Counted from the first letter of the stretch, positions 21,901-31,294 are shown. The stretch: DNA of 64,000 nucleotides from Bacteroidales bacterium (GCA_007125955.1 SLCF01000027.1:5493-69492); one strand, 5' to 3'. Notes: generated by a model not told the origin, from the letters alone. A program made the numbers and translations.

Positions 21901-23503
21901 GTCAGCTGCAGAAAACGAAACAGATGAGGGTACCCTGTTCATATCGGTTTGCGATACGCAGGATTCGCTCTACTATATTTCCCCTGCAACCGTTTTCAGG
22001 TACGGTGAAAAACTAATCTCTTCGGAAGGTGTAAGGAGAATAAATGTTGCCGATGCCTTGATTTTTCCGGGCGACGGGAAAGTTGAAGCGGAAAAAACCG
22101 GATTTCTTAACGAGCTTTCGGATGCCCGTTTGGAGATTGGTCCATCTACTGCACAGCACACTATTAACAATGCTAAAATCAGAATTGACGGGAAAAAGAG
22201 TTACAACGGAACAGGATATTATGATTACGTGGACGACAGGAATAAGATTCAGAAAATACGTTTAGACACAATACTGGTAAATGATGACATTAAAACCGTA
22301 GCTAGAGGAACTATTGATGAGGGCGATAAATTCAGGTTAAGCGAACACTTTCTGTTTAAGGGAGAGGCCCTTCTTGAATCGGGCAAACAGTATCTGAATT
22401 TCAATGGCAGTGTTAGACTGATAACAGATTGTTTTGACGGGAAGGATAACTGGTTGTACTTCAGTCATGATATTAATCCGCTTAATGTAATGATACCTGT
22501 TCCGCAGCAACCGGTATCTGATGATGAAGGCAGAATAGATGCAGGACTTTTCATTTCAGGTGCGCCGGAAGGTGTTTACCCCCTTTTCCTGGGCAAAACG
22601 AAAAACAGTACTGATACTCCAATTATTACTGCCGGCGGTTTCCTCCAATATCACCAGACAACAAACGCATACCTTATTGGAACAGTTGACAGGTTCAACG
22701 ATCCTGAATATCCCGGCAATTTTCTCAGTCTGGACACAGAGAAATGCATGCTATACGGTGAAGGGGAAATTGAGCCCGGCGTGAATCTCGGTCAGCTAAA
22801 ACTGAATGCAGCCGGACACTTCACCTCTTCAACACGGAAACAGGAGACAAACCTTGAACTTGCAATGGGTGTTGACTTCTTTTTCTCTGATGATGCAATT
22901 GAGATAATGGCAAATGAGTTTGCAGAGGAAAGCGAAACCGGAGAAATTGATTCAACCGCTTTTTTCTACCGGAAGGGTCTAAGCCAGATACTGGGAAAGG
23001 AATCTGCAGAAGAGTACCTTGGAGGGGCACGAAGTGGGGCTTCAGGCAGAAGAGTTCCGGAAGCAATGGACAAAACACTGTTTTTCAATAAAGTGAACTT
23101 TGTATGGGATGAAGAAAACAATTCATACAGATCTTCAGGAAAACTAAACCTCAAATATATAGGAGGAGTAAAGATCAACAGGGAAATAAACGGATATATA
23201 GAGATCTCTAAAAGGGAAACGGGAGACTTTTTCGACCTCTATATTGAAGCTGCTGAAGGCAAATGGTACTATTTCGGTTACACAAGGGGTGTAATGCAAA
23301 CCTATTCCTCAAACACTCAATTCAGGGAAACTATAAACGATTTGCGTACCCGCCGCCGTGAACTGAATGTCTCCCGAGGAGAAACCTCCTACATATATAT
23401 GCTTGCCACGGAAACCAAATTAAATCAGTTTTTCAGCCGTTACGGGCGTTACAGGGAAGCAGCCGGCGTAAGTGAAATTGAAGTTGTGAATGAAGAGAAG
23501 TGA
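18986..23503 (+). CDS. very large hypothetical protein (1505 aa), N-terminal signal/anchor, no recognisable catalytic motif
   Basis: Uninterrupted 4.5-kb ORF with ATG start and hydrophobic N-terminus HFLVIFCILLLSMA. Composition is rich in N/S/G/Y/F (beta-rich). I could not assign any family by eye. Confidence 0.8.
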   Translation: MKFSLIFSHQGNIHFLVIFCILLLSMARFESKSQGLRAFSGDTEAFPGELTVFMGSNLDDSQIEVIALFEANWNSGNFNTKEKERIINIADLLVNQNARPVPHFLNLIRLLNLFSEKDPVKRHFPVWLEAFSYYADNNRYRLSLLNESLERVYHFLNDDAIYKSSAVEWQAVNGNVRFIFEASLTIIIDNADLICYSGNDSIVINNTSGKFSIDEMQWKGRNGSVGWERAGYELHEINAVLDNYTIDLNNNQYSADSVIFTYGEYFREKLRGSLTDRVTRVTESSETSYPRFNSYRHDLSLDNIFPGINYKGGISMRGKNLIGSGSEDSKAHITIMRNGETFFTALSEHFLFSREEFSANSSTVTFHLKGDSIYHPDLRLNYRNNPGELTLNRNDNVMSGSPYTNTYHEVNMNFGQLIWQMNEDVIHFTMPRGSSTGSANFESFSFFNNARFREIQGRDEVHPLLSVRRFASANEERELTAKEYASFMRRPVSSIRHQLISLAIEGFIYYDTGSDIFTVRKKLNDYLMASHNLIDFDVINFESKTDAPRENGVLDLNTLELKINGIPQVHISNVQNVNIYPEDNSVILKENRNFQFGGRVNAGYLTFFGNNFSFDYDKFSINLRKIDSISIRAARDEYDMYGRALAENVKNLIQNVTGIIYVDEPTNKSGNNEYEDFPKFHSTENSFVFYDDPETYGGVYDKADVYFQLYPFRMDSLNTFRFEYVELEGKFVSSGIFPEFEETLTLQDDLSIGFTHIAEEEGLPVYDGKGRFYDMITMSNSGLKGDGVIEYLASKIYSEDIGFFPDSMNAAANEFLIERSGGSSDYPMVSSKNNLVQWLPYQDELYVRQVENPFTILDNETHLKGELLLSSSELTGEGILETRNSAFESSLFRFGPDSFESDTTDFILYNKQGEKAVFESTGILAKVETDRLRGEFRVNNDEPVIFPVNRYKAFPEEILWDIDAMELQLLSKSAAENETDEGTLFISVCDTQDSLYYISPATVFRYGEKLISSEGVRRINVADALIFPGDGKVEAEKTGFLNELSDARLEIGPSTAQHTINNAKIRIDGKKSYNGTGYYDYVDDRNKIQKIRLDTILVNDDIKTVARGTIDEGDKFRLSEHFLFKGEALLESGKQYLNFNGSVRLITDCFDGKDNWLYFSHDINPLNVMIPVPQQPVSDDEGRIDAGLFISGAPEGVYPLFLGKTKNSTDTPIITAGGFLQYHQTTNAYLIGTVDRFNDPEYPGNFLSLDTEKCMLYGEGEIEPGVNLGQLKLNAAGHFTSSTRKQETNLELAMGVDFFFSDDAIEIMANEFAEESETGEIDSTAFFYRKGLSQILGKESAEEYLGGARSGASGRRVPEAMDKTLFFNKVNFVWDEENNSYRSSGKLNLKYIGGVKINREINGYIEISKRETGDFFDLYIEAAEGKWYYFGYTRGVMQTYSSNTQFRETINDLRTRRRELNVSRGETSYIYMLATETKLNQFFSRYGRYREAAGVSEIEVVNEEK

Positions 23504-23519
23504 TATCATTTGACGCTTT

Positions 23520-24017
23520 TCAGGAATGCATTTCCATTTCCAGGACTTCCAGATCTTTTATATCCCCGTTATCAAGTACAAACCTGACCGCTGTACTCAC
23601 ATTATGTATCCCCGACCGCCCGGCTGCTCCGGGATTTATATGCAGCAGTTTCAGCTTTTTGTCATTCATTACCCTGAGTATATGAGAGTGGCCGCAAATA
23701 AACAATTTGGGAGGTTTTTCATATATAAGCGGTTTTACACCGGGATCATACCTGCCCGGAAAACCTCCTATATGAGTTATCCAAACATCGGTTCCTTCAA
23801 CTTCAAATCTCATGTGAAGAGGGAACCTCCCCCTGATATCAGGCCCGTCAATATTCCCGTAAACTGCCTTAAGCGGTCTGAATGCCTCCAGTTTATGAGC
23901 AACATCCACACTGCCTATATCACCCGCATGCCAAATCTCATCGCAGGAACTAAAAAACCCGAACAACTTATCATTCAGATACCCGTGTGTATCTGACAAA
24001 CATCCAATCCGTTTCAT
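23520..24017 (-). CDS. YfcE/MJ0936-type metallophosphoesterase
   Basis: The ORF-track start at 24125 is TTG, and ATG at 24017 gives MKRIGCLSDTHG. Motifs DTHG, HAGD, GNIDG and CGHSH are present. Confidence 0.8.
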   Translation of the reverse strand: MKRIGCLSDTHGYLNDKLFGFFSSCDEIWHAGDIGSVDVAHKLEAFRPLKAVYGNIDGPDIRGRFPLHMRFEVEGTDVWITHIGGFPGRYDPGVKPLIYEKPPKLFICGHSHILRVMNDKKLKLLHINPGAAGRSGIHNVSTAVRFVLDNGDIKDLEVLEMEMHS

Positions 24018-24086
24018 TTTCCCGTGTTTTATAATTTTTGTATAGTTCCGGTAACTGAAGGAATTAATATTTTGCAATTTTATCCA

Positions 24087-24094
24087 TATTTTTG
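24087..24094 (+). promoter_or_regulatory. Bacteroidota-type -7 promoter box for rsmE
   Basis: TATTTTTG lies 26 nt upstream of ATG 24120. Confidence 0.45.
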
Positions 24095-24119
24095 AGAATA
24101 TCATAAAATCCGGTATAAT

Positions 24120-24827
24120 ATGCAATTATTTTACACCCCTGAATTCAGTGAAAAAAAAAGCTTCCTGGGCAGGGATGAATCCCACCACTGTATAAGTGTA
24201 ATGCGTTTGAAGAAAGAGGACATTGTTTATGTAACAAACGGCAGGGGGGATCTCTACAAGGCAAAGATAGAAATACCCGATCCTGCTGAATGTTATTTAA
24301 AAGTGCTGGAAAAGCAACCGGGTTTCGGTAGAAGGGATTACAGGATAGCCATCGGCATCTGTCCAACAAAAAACACGGGAAGATTCGAAACATTCATTGA
24401 AAAGTCAACTGAAATAGGGATTGATACAATTAAGCCCCTTTTATGCAAAAATTCGGAGAGAAAAAAAATAAACCCGGAAAGGATCGAAAAGATTATAACG
24501 TCTGCCATGAAACAATCACTGAAAGCTTACAGACCCCAACTTGAAAAGATGCAGAATTTCAAAAAAGTTGTAGAAGAAGATTTCGCCGGACAAAAGTTCA
24601 TTGCATCTGAATCTGCAGAAACCGGAAAGCATATCGGAAATCTTTATAAACCTGGAAATAATGCGCTCATACTGATAGGTGCCGAAGGAGGGTTTTCTGA
24701 CTATGAAATGGAGCTTGCCGTTGAAAATGGTTTTATACCGGTGAGTCTGGGTGAATTCAGATTAAGGACTGAAACAGCAGGCATTGTTTCATGTCATGCA
24801 ATTCATATGCTGAACAGCCTCAGTTAA
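24120..24827 (+). CDS. rsmE: 16S rRNA (uracil1498-N3)-methyltransferase RsmE
   Basis: 235 aa. N-terminus MQLFYTPEF...ESHHCISVMRLKKED, then RKKINPERIEKIITSAMKQS and LIGAEGGFSDYE. Confidence 0.88.
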   Translation: MQLFYTPEFSEKKSFLGRDESHHCISVMRLKKEDIVYVTNGRGDLYKAKIEIPDPAECYLKVLEKQPGFGRRDYRIAIGICPTKNTGRFETFIEKSTEIGIDTIKPLLCKNSERKKINPERIEKIITSAMKQSLKAYRPQLEKMQNFKKVVEEDFAGQKFIASESAETGKHIGNLYKPGNNALILIGAEGGFSDYEMELAVENGFIPVSLGEFRLRTETAGIVSCHAIHMLNSLS

Positions 24828-24836
24828 AAGATGGTT

Positions 24837-25082
24837 TTAAAATTGAGATTGACTATCTCCGGGGAATTTTTGTTGCCGGCGGGCATATTCAAATATATTC
24901 CTCACTACCCGATTATTGACCTTGAACAGGTGACTGTCAAGATAATCTTTAACATCGCTGAACTCAGATGCACTGTTTATTAAGGATGGGCTTAAACCTG
25001 ACTTATCTGTAGCCGGCTTCTCCAGTGAATTGATCAGATAAACATAATGGGAATAATTCTTCATAAACAGGAACTTTAACAT
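24837..25082 (-). CDS. hypothetical small protein downstream of the ECF sigma gene
   Basis: 81-aa ATG ORF on the same strand, 92 nt after the sigma stop. No TM segment, zinc motif or family recognised, so coding status is uncertain. Confidence 0.3.
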   Translation of the reverse strand: MLKFLFMKNYSHYVYLINSLEKPATDKSGLSPSLINSASEFSDVKDYLDSHLFKVNNRVVRNIFEYARRQQKFPGDSQSQF

Positions 25083-25174
25083 TTTTTAACATAATTTAAA
25101 CGGAAGACAGCAGAATTTATTATTACAAAACTCTCCCATCTTCCGCTAAATGTCAAAGCAAAAAGTTAAACCGG

Positions 25175-25759
25175 TCAGTTTATAGTCAGATTGATCCTTT
25201 TTCTTTCAATGATCTTTCTGAGATTTATCAGCGCATACCTCATCCTGCCCAAAGCCGTGTTAATGCTAACATTGGTCTGTTCAGCAATCTCCTTGAAGCT
25301 TAGACCGCCATAATGCCTCATCAGTATCACTTGTTTCTGTTCTTCGGGTAATTCATCGATCAGCATTCTCACATCGGTTGTGATCTGATCCTGAATTATC
25401 GTATCCTCTACATTTTTTTCCGAGAACTTCCTGGAATTGAATATGTCAGATTCATAATCGTCATTGGAAAAAGTGTTTACCTGTTTTTGCTTTCTGAAAT
25501 GGTCAATTATCAGGTTGTGGGCTATTCTTATAACCCATGAGGCAAAACGTCCGTTTTCCCGGTATTTTCCATTCAATAATGACTTGATTACTTTTATGAA
25601 AGTATCCTGGAAAATATCTTCTGCAAGTTGCTGATTTTTAACTATCAGCAAAATATAAGTATAAACCTTGTCCTTATGACGGTTAATCAACTCCTCAATT
25701 CCCGCCTGTTCACCTTTCAGGAATCTCTGCACAAGTTCCTGATCACTCTTTTTCGTCAT
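25175..25759 (-). CDS. ECF-type RNA polymerase sigma-70 family factor
   Basis: Region 2 (DIFQDTFIKV...WVIRIAHNLIIDHFRK) and region 4 HTH (LSFKEIAEQTNVSINTALGRMRYA). The ORF-track start at 25813 is TTG, so I prefer ATG at 25759 (MTKKSDQELV). Confidence 0.85.
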   Translation of the reverse strand: MTKKSDQELVQRFLKGEQAGIEELINRHKDKVYTYILLIVKNQQLAEDIFQDTFIKVIKSLLNGKYRENGRFASWVIRIAHNLIIDHFRKQKQVNTFSNDDYESDIFNSRKFSEKNVEDTIIQDQITTDVRMLIDELPEEQKQVILMRHYGGLSFKEIAEQTNVSINTALGRMRYALINLRKIIERKRINLTIN

Positions 25760-25868
25760 ATGTGCCTGCACAACCACCTCCTTTTTTTTATAATTCAAAT
25801 TTTCAATTGACAAACCAAATTAATAAGACTTAACGTTTAATAATTTTTAGTGTCAATTGTATATGAAC

Positions 25869-25876
25869 TATATTTG
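25869..25876 (+). promoter_or_regulatory. possible -7 promoter box for uvrA
   Basis: TATATTTG lies 103 nt upstream of ATG 25979, in the divergent sigma/uvrA region. Confidence 0.35.
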
Positions 25877-25978
25877 CAAATTTACTAAATTTTTGACCCC
25901 TGATAATGCATTTAGGGCTTTTTAACATTTTTAAACATTATGAAAACATTAGTCTCATTGTTGTAATGCGCAATAATT

Positions 25979-28783
25979 ATGCCAGAAAAAAGAACAAACA
26001 CTCATAACTATATACAAATAAAAGGGGCAAAAGTTCATAATCTAAAGAACATTAGTCTCAAAATTCCAAGGGATAAATTCATAGTCATTACCGGCTTATC
26101 AGGCTCCGGAAAATCATCGCTGGCATTTGACACCCTTTATGCCGAAGGACAAAGACGGTATGTTGAAAGCTTGTCATCCTATGCACGTCAGTTTATGGGA
26201 AGAATAAACAAGCCCGAGGTGGAATCCATAACCGGAATACCTCCTGCAATAGCTATTGAACAAAGAGTGAAAACACACAATCCGAGATCAACAGTTGGCA
26301 CTTCAACTGAAATTTACGATTATCTCAGGTTGCTTTATGCCAGAACAGGAATAACAGTGTCGCCGGTTTCAGGACAAGAAGTAAAAAAACACACCGTTTC
26401 GGATGTTGCCGGGTTTATCCTTTCCTTTAATGACGGCACACCTGTTATTATTCTATCACCGGCTGAGATACCCGCTGCGGGAGATATTGCAAGATATCTC
26501 GAAATAAAAAAAAAGGAAGGGGCTACCAGGATGGAGGTGAACGGCAGGATCAAAAAGATAAGTGAGTTGACAGAAGATCCCGTTGCTGTTAGTAAGTTGC
26601 ATAGCCTGAACCTGGTTATTGACAGGATAATGGTTGCTAACGATAACGACATCCGGGCCCGCATTGCCGATTCCGTTGAGGTCGCCTTTGCCGAAGGAAA
26701 GGGGAAATGCTTACTCAAAACGGGGAACCCTGATGAAGAAAAAGTACACCATTTTTCTAACCTTTTTGAAATGGACGGAATAGAATTTGAAGAACCCTCA
26801 GTCCACATGTTCAGCTTCAACAATCCACTGGGCGCATGCCCGGTCTGCGAAGGATACGGAAAAATAATCGGCGTTGATGAAGACCTTGTTGTACCTGATA
26901 AAAGCCTTTCAGTCTATAATGATGCAATTGCCTGCTGGAGGGGTGCCAAAATGAAAAAATGGAAGGAGAGGCTGATATACAACGCTTCAAAATTCAATTT
27001 CCCGATCCATAAACCCTATATAGAACTGACAGATGAGCAGAAGAAGCTGCTATGGAATGGAAACAGGTATTTTTACGGCCTTGACCGCTTTTTTAAATAT
27101 CTTGAAAAGAAAAAGTACAAAATACAATACAGGGTCATGCTAAGCCGGTACATGGGCAAAACAAAATGTCCCGAATGCGGAGGTACCAGGTTAAGAAAAG
27201 AGGCCTCATGGGTAAAGGTAGGAAAAAAGACGATCCAGGAGTTGGTAACAATGTCAATTGACTCTCTCCATAAATTTTTTAATGAAATATCCCTATCTCC
27301 TCATGAAGAAAAAATTGCCGGACGAATACTTGAGGAAATCAGGAACAGGATAAATTTTTTAAGGGATGTGGGACTCGGTTATCTGTCACTTAACCGGCTT
27401 TCATCAACCCTGTCAGGCGGGGAATCGCAAAGGATAAATCTTGCAACTTCCCTGGGAAGCAGTCTGGTCGGCTCTCTCTATATACTTGACGAACCAAGCA
27501 TAGGTCTTCATCCCAGGGACACTTCCAGACTGGTCAAAGTTCTCAGGGAACTTCAAAAAACAGGTAATACCGTGATAGTTGTGGAACACGAAGAGGAGGT
27601 AATCCGGGCATCAGATCTGATCGTTGACATCGGCCCTCTGGCGGGCAGAAACGGAGGGGAAATAATTTTCTGCGGAGACCATTCAAAACTGTTAAAGGAG
27701 GAAAAAAGCCTTACTGCAAGATATCTTACAGGCAGGGAAAAAATACCTGTACCTCCGGCAAGGAGGATATGGAACAGCTACATAGAAATTACCGGTGCAA
27801 AAGAAAACAACCTAAAGAGCATAAATGTAAGAATACCGCTAAACATTCTGACAGTGGTCACGGGTGTAAGCGGTTCGGGCAAGTCGTCGCTGGTTAGAGA
27901 TATATTATATCCAGCCCTTTCACGGCTTTATAACGGGAAAACTGAAAAACCGGGCGATTTTGGAAGACTTGCCGGTGATACCGGAATACTGGAGGGTGTG
28001 GAGTTTGTTGATCAAAATCCTATTGGTAAATCTTCCCGTTCAAATCCGGTTACATATGTTAAAGCTTACGATGAAATAAGAAAACTGTTTGCTGCCCAGA
28101 ATGCATCCAGGCTTAACAAATACCAGCCATCACACTTCTCTTTCAATACAAGAGGGGGGCGCTGCGAAGAATGCGAGGGTGAAGGAAAAATAAAAGTGGA
28201 AATGCAGTTCATGGCTGATGTAACCCTGGTATGTGAAAGCTGCAAAGGGCAAAGATTCAGGGAAGAGATCCTCGAAGTAAGATACAGGGGAAAAAATATT
28301 TATGATGTTCTGGAAATGACAGTAAATGAAGCAATGGAGTTTTTTGACAGTGAAAAAACATTGAATGAGCATAAGATCGTGGAAAAACTGGAACCTTTGC
28401 AGTCAACCGGACTGGGTTATGTTAAACTGGGGCAGTCTTCTGCAACACTCAGCGGCGGTGAAAACCAGCGGGTAAAACTGGCTTCTTTCATAGGGAAGGA
28501 AAAGAGGAAACCCACTCTTTTTATTTTTGATGAACCGACAACTGGCCTGCATTTTCATGACATAGGCAAACTGCTGGATTCTTTTAGCTTTCTTATAAAA
28601 AAAGGGCACAGCATACTCATAGTGGAGCATAATCCCGAAATAATCAAGTGTGCTGACTGGGTAATAGATCTTGGACCGGAGGGAGGGGATAGCGGGGGTT
28701 ATATAATGTTTGAAGGAACGCCGGAAGAGCTTGCATGCAAAACAGACTCACATACAGGTTGTTTTATTGCAAAAAAATTGTAG
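25979..28783 (+). CDS. uvrA: excinuclease ABC subunit A
   Basis: 934 aa. Two Walker A sites ([25 protein letters not shown]), zinc-finger Cys pairs ([23 protein letters not shown]) and two LSGGE signatures. Confidence 0.97.
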   Translation: MPEKRTNTHNYIQIKGAKVHNLKNISLKIPRDKFIVITGLSGSGKSSLAFDTLYAEGQRRYVESLSSYARQFMGRINKPEVESITGIPPAIAIEQRVKTHNPRSTVGTSTEIYDYLRLLYARTGITVSPVSGQEVKKHTVSDVAGFILSFNDGTPVIILSPAEIPAAGDIARYLEIKKKEGATRMEVNGRIKKISELTEDPVAVSKLHSLNLVIDRIMVANDNDIRARIADSVEVAFAEGKGKCLLKTGNPDEEKVHHFSNLFEMDGIEFEEPSVHMFSFNNPLGACPVCEGYGKIIGVDEDLVVPDKSLSVYNDAIACWRGAKMKKWKERLIYNASKFNFPIHKPYIELTDEQKKLLWNGNRYFYGLDRFFKYLEKKKYKIQYRVMLSRYMGKTKCPECGGTRLRKEASWVKVGKKTIQELVTMSIDSLHKFFNEISLSPHEEKIAGRILEEIRNRINFLRDVGLGYLSLNRLSSTLSGGESQRINLATSLGSSLVGSLYILDEPSIGLHPRDTSRLVKVLRELQKTGNTVIVVEHEEEVIRASDLIVDIGPLAGRNGGEIIFCGDHSKLLKEEKSLTARYLTGREKIPVPPARRIWNSYIEITGAKENNLKSINVRIPLNILTVVTGVSGSGKSSLVRDILYPALSRLYNGKTEKPGDFGRLAGDTGILEGVEFVDQNPIGKSSRSNPVTYVKAYDEIRKLFAAQNASRLNKYQPSHFSFNTRGGRCEECEGEGKIKVEMQFMADVTLVCESCKGQRFREEILEVRYRGKNIYDVLEMTVNEAMEFFDSEKTLNEHKIVEKLEPLQSTGLGYVKLGQSSATLSGGENQRVKLASFIGKEKRKPTLFIFDEPTTGLHFHDIGKLLDSFSFLIKKGHSILIVEHNPEIIKCADWVIDLGPEGGDSGGYIMFEGTPEELACKTDSHTGCFIAKKL

Positions 28784-28801
28784 TGAAAGTGGGCGGAACA
28801 A

Positions 28802-29239
28802 TTATTTTTCAGTGAAACCGAACATTATTGCTACACATCCGCTGTTGTCAGCACCATTGTTTTCGGAGGGAAGCACCTTTACAGATATAAGAAGCTGTTC
28901 GGAATTTACCGGTGAAAAATCCCATGTTGCATTGAAATCGTTGTCACTGTTGTTATATAATTCGTTTCGTTCAGTATCCATTACAGTGAACTCTATTTTA
29001 TACAGATTGTCATCACCGCAAATGGCAAGCCTGTAATCCTGGCCGGCATAAAATGTTTTGTACAATTCGGCCTCCTCACCTTCCTCTAAAATTGCAGCAT
29101 GATAATTACCGTCATGCATGAATGATCCCAGCTCAACCTTACAAACACGCTTTGCAAAAATCTTGCACTGTCCGTTTATGTTGGCGGGAATTAATGTTAA
29201 CAAAACCCAAAAAAGCAAAACCGGTATAATCCGTTTCAT
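28802..29239 (-). CDS. hypothetical secreted protein
   Basis: The ORF-track start at 29266 is TTG. ATG at 29239 gives a clean signal peptide MKRIIPVLLFWVLLTLIPANING, and the rest looks like a small beta-rich domain. No family recognised. Confidence 0.6.
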   Translation of the reverse strand: MKRIIPVLLFWVLLTLIPANINGQCKIFAKRVCKVELGSFMHDGNYHAAILEEGEEAELYKTFYAGQDYRLAICGDDNLYKIEFTVMDTERNELYNNSDNDFNATWDFSPVNSEQLLISVKVLPSENNGADNSGCVAIMFGFTEK

Positions 29240-29252
29240 GACATTAACCTGT

Positions 29253-30146
29253 TTAATATGATACAAAACTGTTGCGGATGTTTTTAACTTTATCTTTTAG
29301 TTCTGCGAACAGTCCCGGAGTTATATTCACTTCCCTTGATGAACTCAGAACTGCCGTTTCCCCTTCTTTATCCCGTTCTACAGAAACAGGGGAAGAGGAA
29401 ATTTCGATTTCTCCGTATATTTCCCATATCCGATCAATTTTTGCATGCAGATCCGCAACATCATCGTTATGAATGTTATCCTCAAGCAGCTTCATGAGCA
29501 GTTCAAGTGAAAATTTCTGATCAACAATATGATCCACAAGAGCATTGTTCTCAATATTACTTTCATCGGCAAGACTGGTAGCAATAAAAAGCCCTTCAAT
29601 AAATCCGCCGGCAAAAAGCATTGTTGCAACCGTTTCCCTTTCGTTCTCCTGCAGAAATGCACTTGAATTGAGATATGTTTCCGAAATAATATCCATAACC
29701 ACATCCCGGTTATTCAAATTTGCTTCCAGTTTCTCCAGAGTATGCCTGTCAACTGCATCCATTATGCCAAGCCTTTCGGCAAGCTCTTTTGATATTGCCA
29801 TATAGTTTATCGAAGCCTGGGTCTGGTCGAAAAAACCGGCATAACTCAGATCTGTAATATAAATACCGAGATTGAGGGCTATGCTTTTTGTTGTCAAATA
29901 GTTGGCAGCATTTTCAACCGGGTTCAGGAGATCCTCGTTGTAAATCGCCCCGGAAGACCTGAGCAATGCAGCTATCTCCACAGGCGAGGGCAATGCATAA
30001 AAAACCTGCTTCACCCTTGCCAGCTCTTCCATAGCCTCAACGGTAACATCAACTTCAAACTCCTCTTCCTTTTCCTTTGAAGTGTCACGGCATGAATGAC
30101 CGAACAGAAATAATAATAACAGCAAGGTTGCACCCAGTTTCTTCAT
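29253..30146 (-). CDS. hypothetical lipoprotein (predominantly helical)
   Basis: 297 aa with ATG start. Lipoprotein-type signal MKKLGATLLLLLFLFGHSC. No family recognised. Immediately upstream of the 28802-29239 gene on the same strand. Confidence 0.65.
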   Translation of the reverse strand: MKKLGATLLLLLFLFGHSCRDTSKEKEEEFEVDVTVEAMEELARVKQVFYALPSPVEIAALLRSSGAIYNEDLLNPVENAANYLTTKSIALNLGIYITDLSYAGFFDQTQASINYMAISKELAERLGIMDAVDRHTLEKLEANLNNRDVVMDIISETYLNSSAFLQENERETVATMLFAGGFIEGLFIATSLADESNIENNALVDHIVDQKFSLELLMKLLEDNIHNDDVADLHAKIDRIWEIYGEIEISSSPVSVERDKEGETAVLSSSREVNITPGLFAELKDKVKNIRNSFVSY

Positions 30147-30170
30147 TGGTGAATTATTTTATTTATCTGG

Positions 30171-30210
30171 AAAAAAACCCGGTCCCTCCGCACATATACA
30201 ATAAGACCGG
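30171..30210 (-). terminator. weak terminator/attenuator-like stem-loop after the DHOD-like gene
   Basis: On the minus sense, GACCGG...CCGGTC forms a 6-bp stem with a 20-nt loop, followed by G and U7 (A7 at 30171-30177 on +). It sits only about 25 nt upstream of the lipoprotein ATG at 30146. Confidence 0.3.
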
Positions 30211-30316
30211 TTCTATTTATTACGGATAGATAAATTAAGGGTTGCAAAAAAAACGATTTATATGAAGCCTTTTATCGCAACCCTTGCTGAATAGGCGGTA
30301 ACTGCCTGTGCCTGCG

Positions 30317-31294
30317 CTAATGAATACTTGAAAAGTACTTCATGAACTGAGAACGTTCGTAAACAGCAGGATCTTCTATTTTGGCGTAACTCATTTTGCC
30401 CCTGAATTCATTAACAGACTTGAAGTTTTTGAATTTCATCCATTCATCAAGTCTGGAATTCATTTTACCGATCTCTTCAATTCCGTTTTTATAAAGTACG
30501 GAACAAACCTGAACTGTCTGCGCTCCTGCAAGCAACTGCTTTATAACACCGTCACCGTTGTGTACACCGGTTGAAGCGGAAATATCAATACGTGGAACTT
30601 TGCCGGATATAATAGCAATCCAGCGGAGAGTATGGCGTATGTCGGCAGGTGAACTGAACACTTCAGCCGATACCATCTTCATGTTATCAATGTCGATATC
30701 AGGTTCGTAAAATCGGTTGAAAAGCACAACCCCGTCAATACCTATTCCCCTGAGTTTTTCTATCACACTTAAAATATTTGTGAAATGGTTTCCCAGCTTC
30801 ATTGAAACGGGAATATTCACATACTTTTTGATTTTTAAAGCAAGGTCAAAATAGATATCTTCATATTTTGCTGAAGGTGCATTTTTATCATAGGGGAGAA
30901 AGAAAACGTTCAACTCGATTGCATCAGCGCCGGCTTCTTCTATCTTTTTTGCAAAACTCAACCAGTCCCTCGAAGAAACGCAGTTAATGCTGGCAATAAC
31001 GGGAATGGAAACATTTTTTTTAGCATCCTCTATCAGTCGAAGATACTCTTCAACTGAATTGCTTTTAGTATAATTTAGTATGTAATCCTCCGCTTCAGGA
31101 TAACCGTGTCCAGTCATCAGGCTTCCGGCTTCGTAGTTGATCTGTTCTTCAAAAAGGGACTTCAGTATTACTGCTCCTGCTCCTTCCCTTTCCATCTGCC
31201 TGATTTTGTCAACTGAACTGGTTAGACCCGAACTGCCGGCTATTACGGGGCTTTTCAATGTCAATCCTATGTATTTTACCTCGATATTTGCCAT
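30317..31294 (-). CDS. dihydroorotate dehydrogenase-like (class 1 DHOD-fold) flavoprotein of unknown substrate
   Basis: 325 aa. N-terminus NIEVKYIGLTLKSPVIAGSSGLT...GAGAVILKSLFEEQI is typical of the 'dihydroorotate dehydrogenase-like protein' family, a TIM-barrel. Confidence 0.8.
   Translation of the reverse strand: MANIEVKYIGLTLKSPVIAGSSGLTSSVDKIRQMEREGAGAVILKSLFEEQINYEAGSLMTGHGYPEAEDYILNYTKSNSVEEYLRLIEDAKKNVSIPVIASINCVSSRDWLSFAKKIEEAGADAIELNVFFLPYDKNAPSAKYEDIYFDLALKIKKYVNIPVSMKLGNHFTNILSVIEKLRGIGIDGVVLFNRFYEPDIDIDNMKMVSAEVFSSPADIRHTLRWIAIISGKVPRIDISASTGVHNGDGVIKQLLAGAQTVQVCSVLYKNGIEEIGKMNSRLDEWMKFKNFKSVNEFRGKMSYAKIEDPAVYERSQFMKYFSSIH

Noticed and set aside
23526-23996. 156-aa plus-strand ORF
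   Set aside because: It is the exact antisense of the metallophosphoesterase gene, which has all its catalytic motifs.
25101-25145. CGGAAGA...TCTTCCG stem downstream of the ECF sigma gene, considered as a terminator
   Set aside because: The 31-nt loop and lack of a following U-tract make an intrinsic terminator unlikely.
26335-26823. 162-aa minus-strand ORF inside uvrA
   Set aside because: It is a shadow ORF of uvrA.
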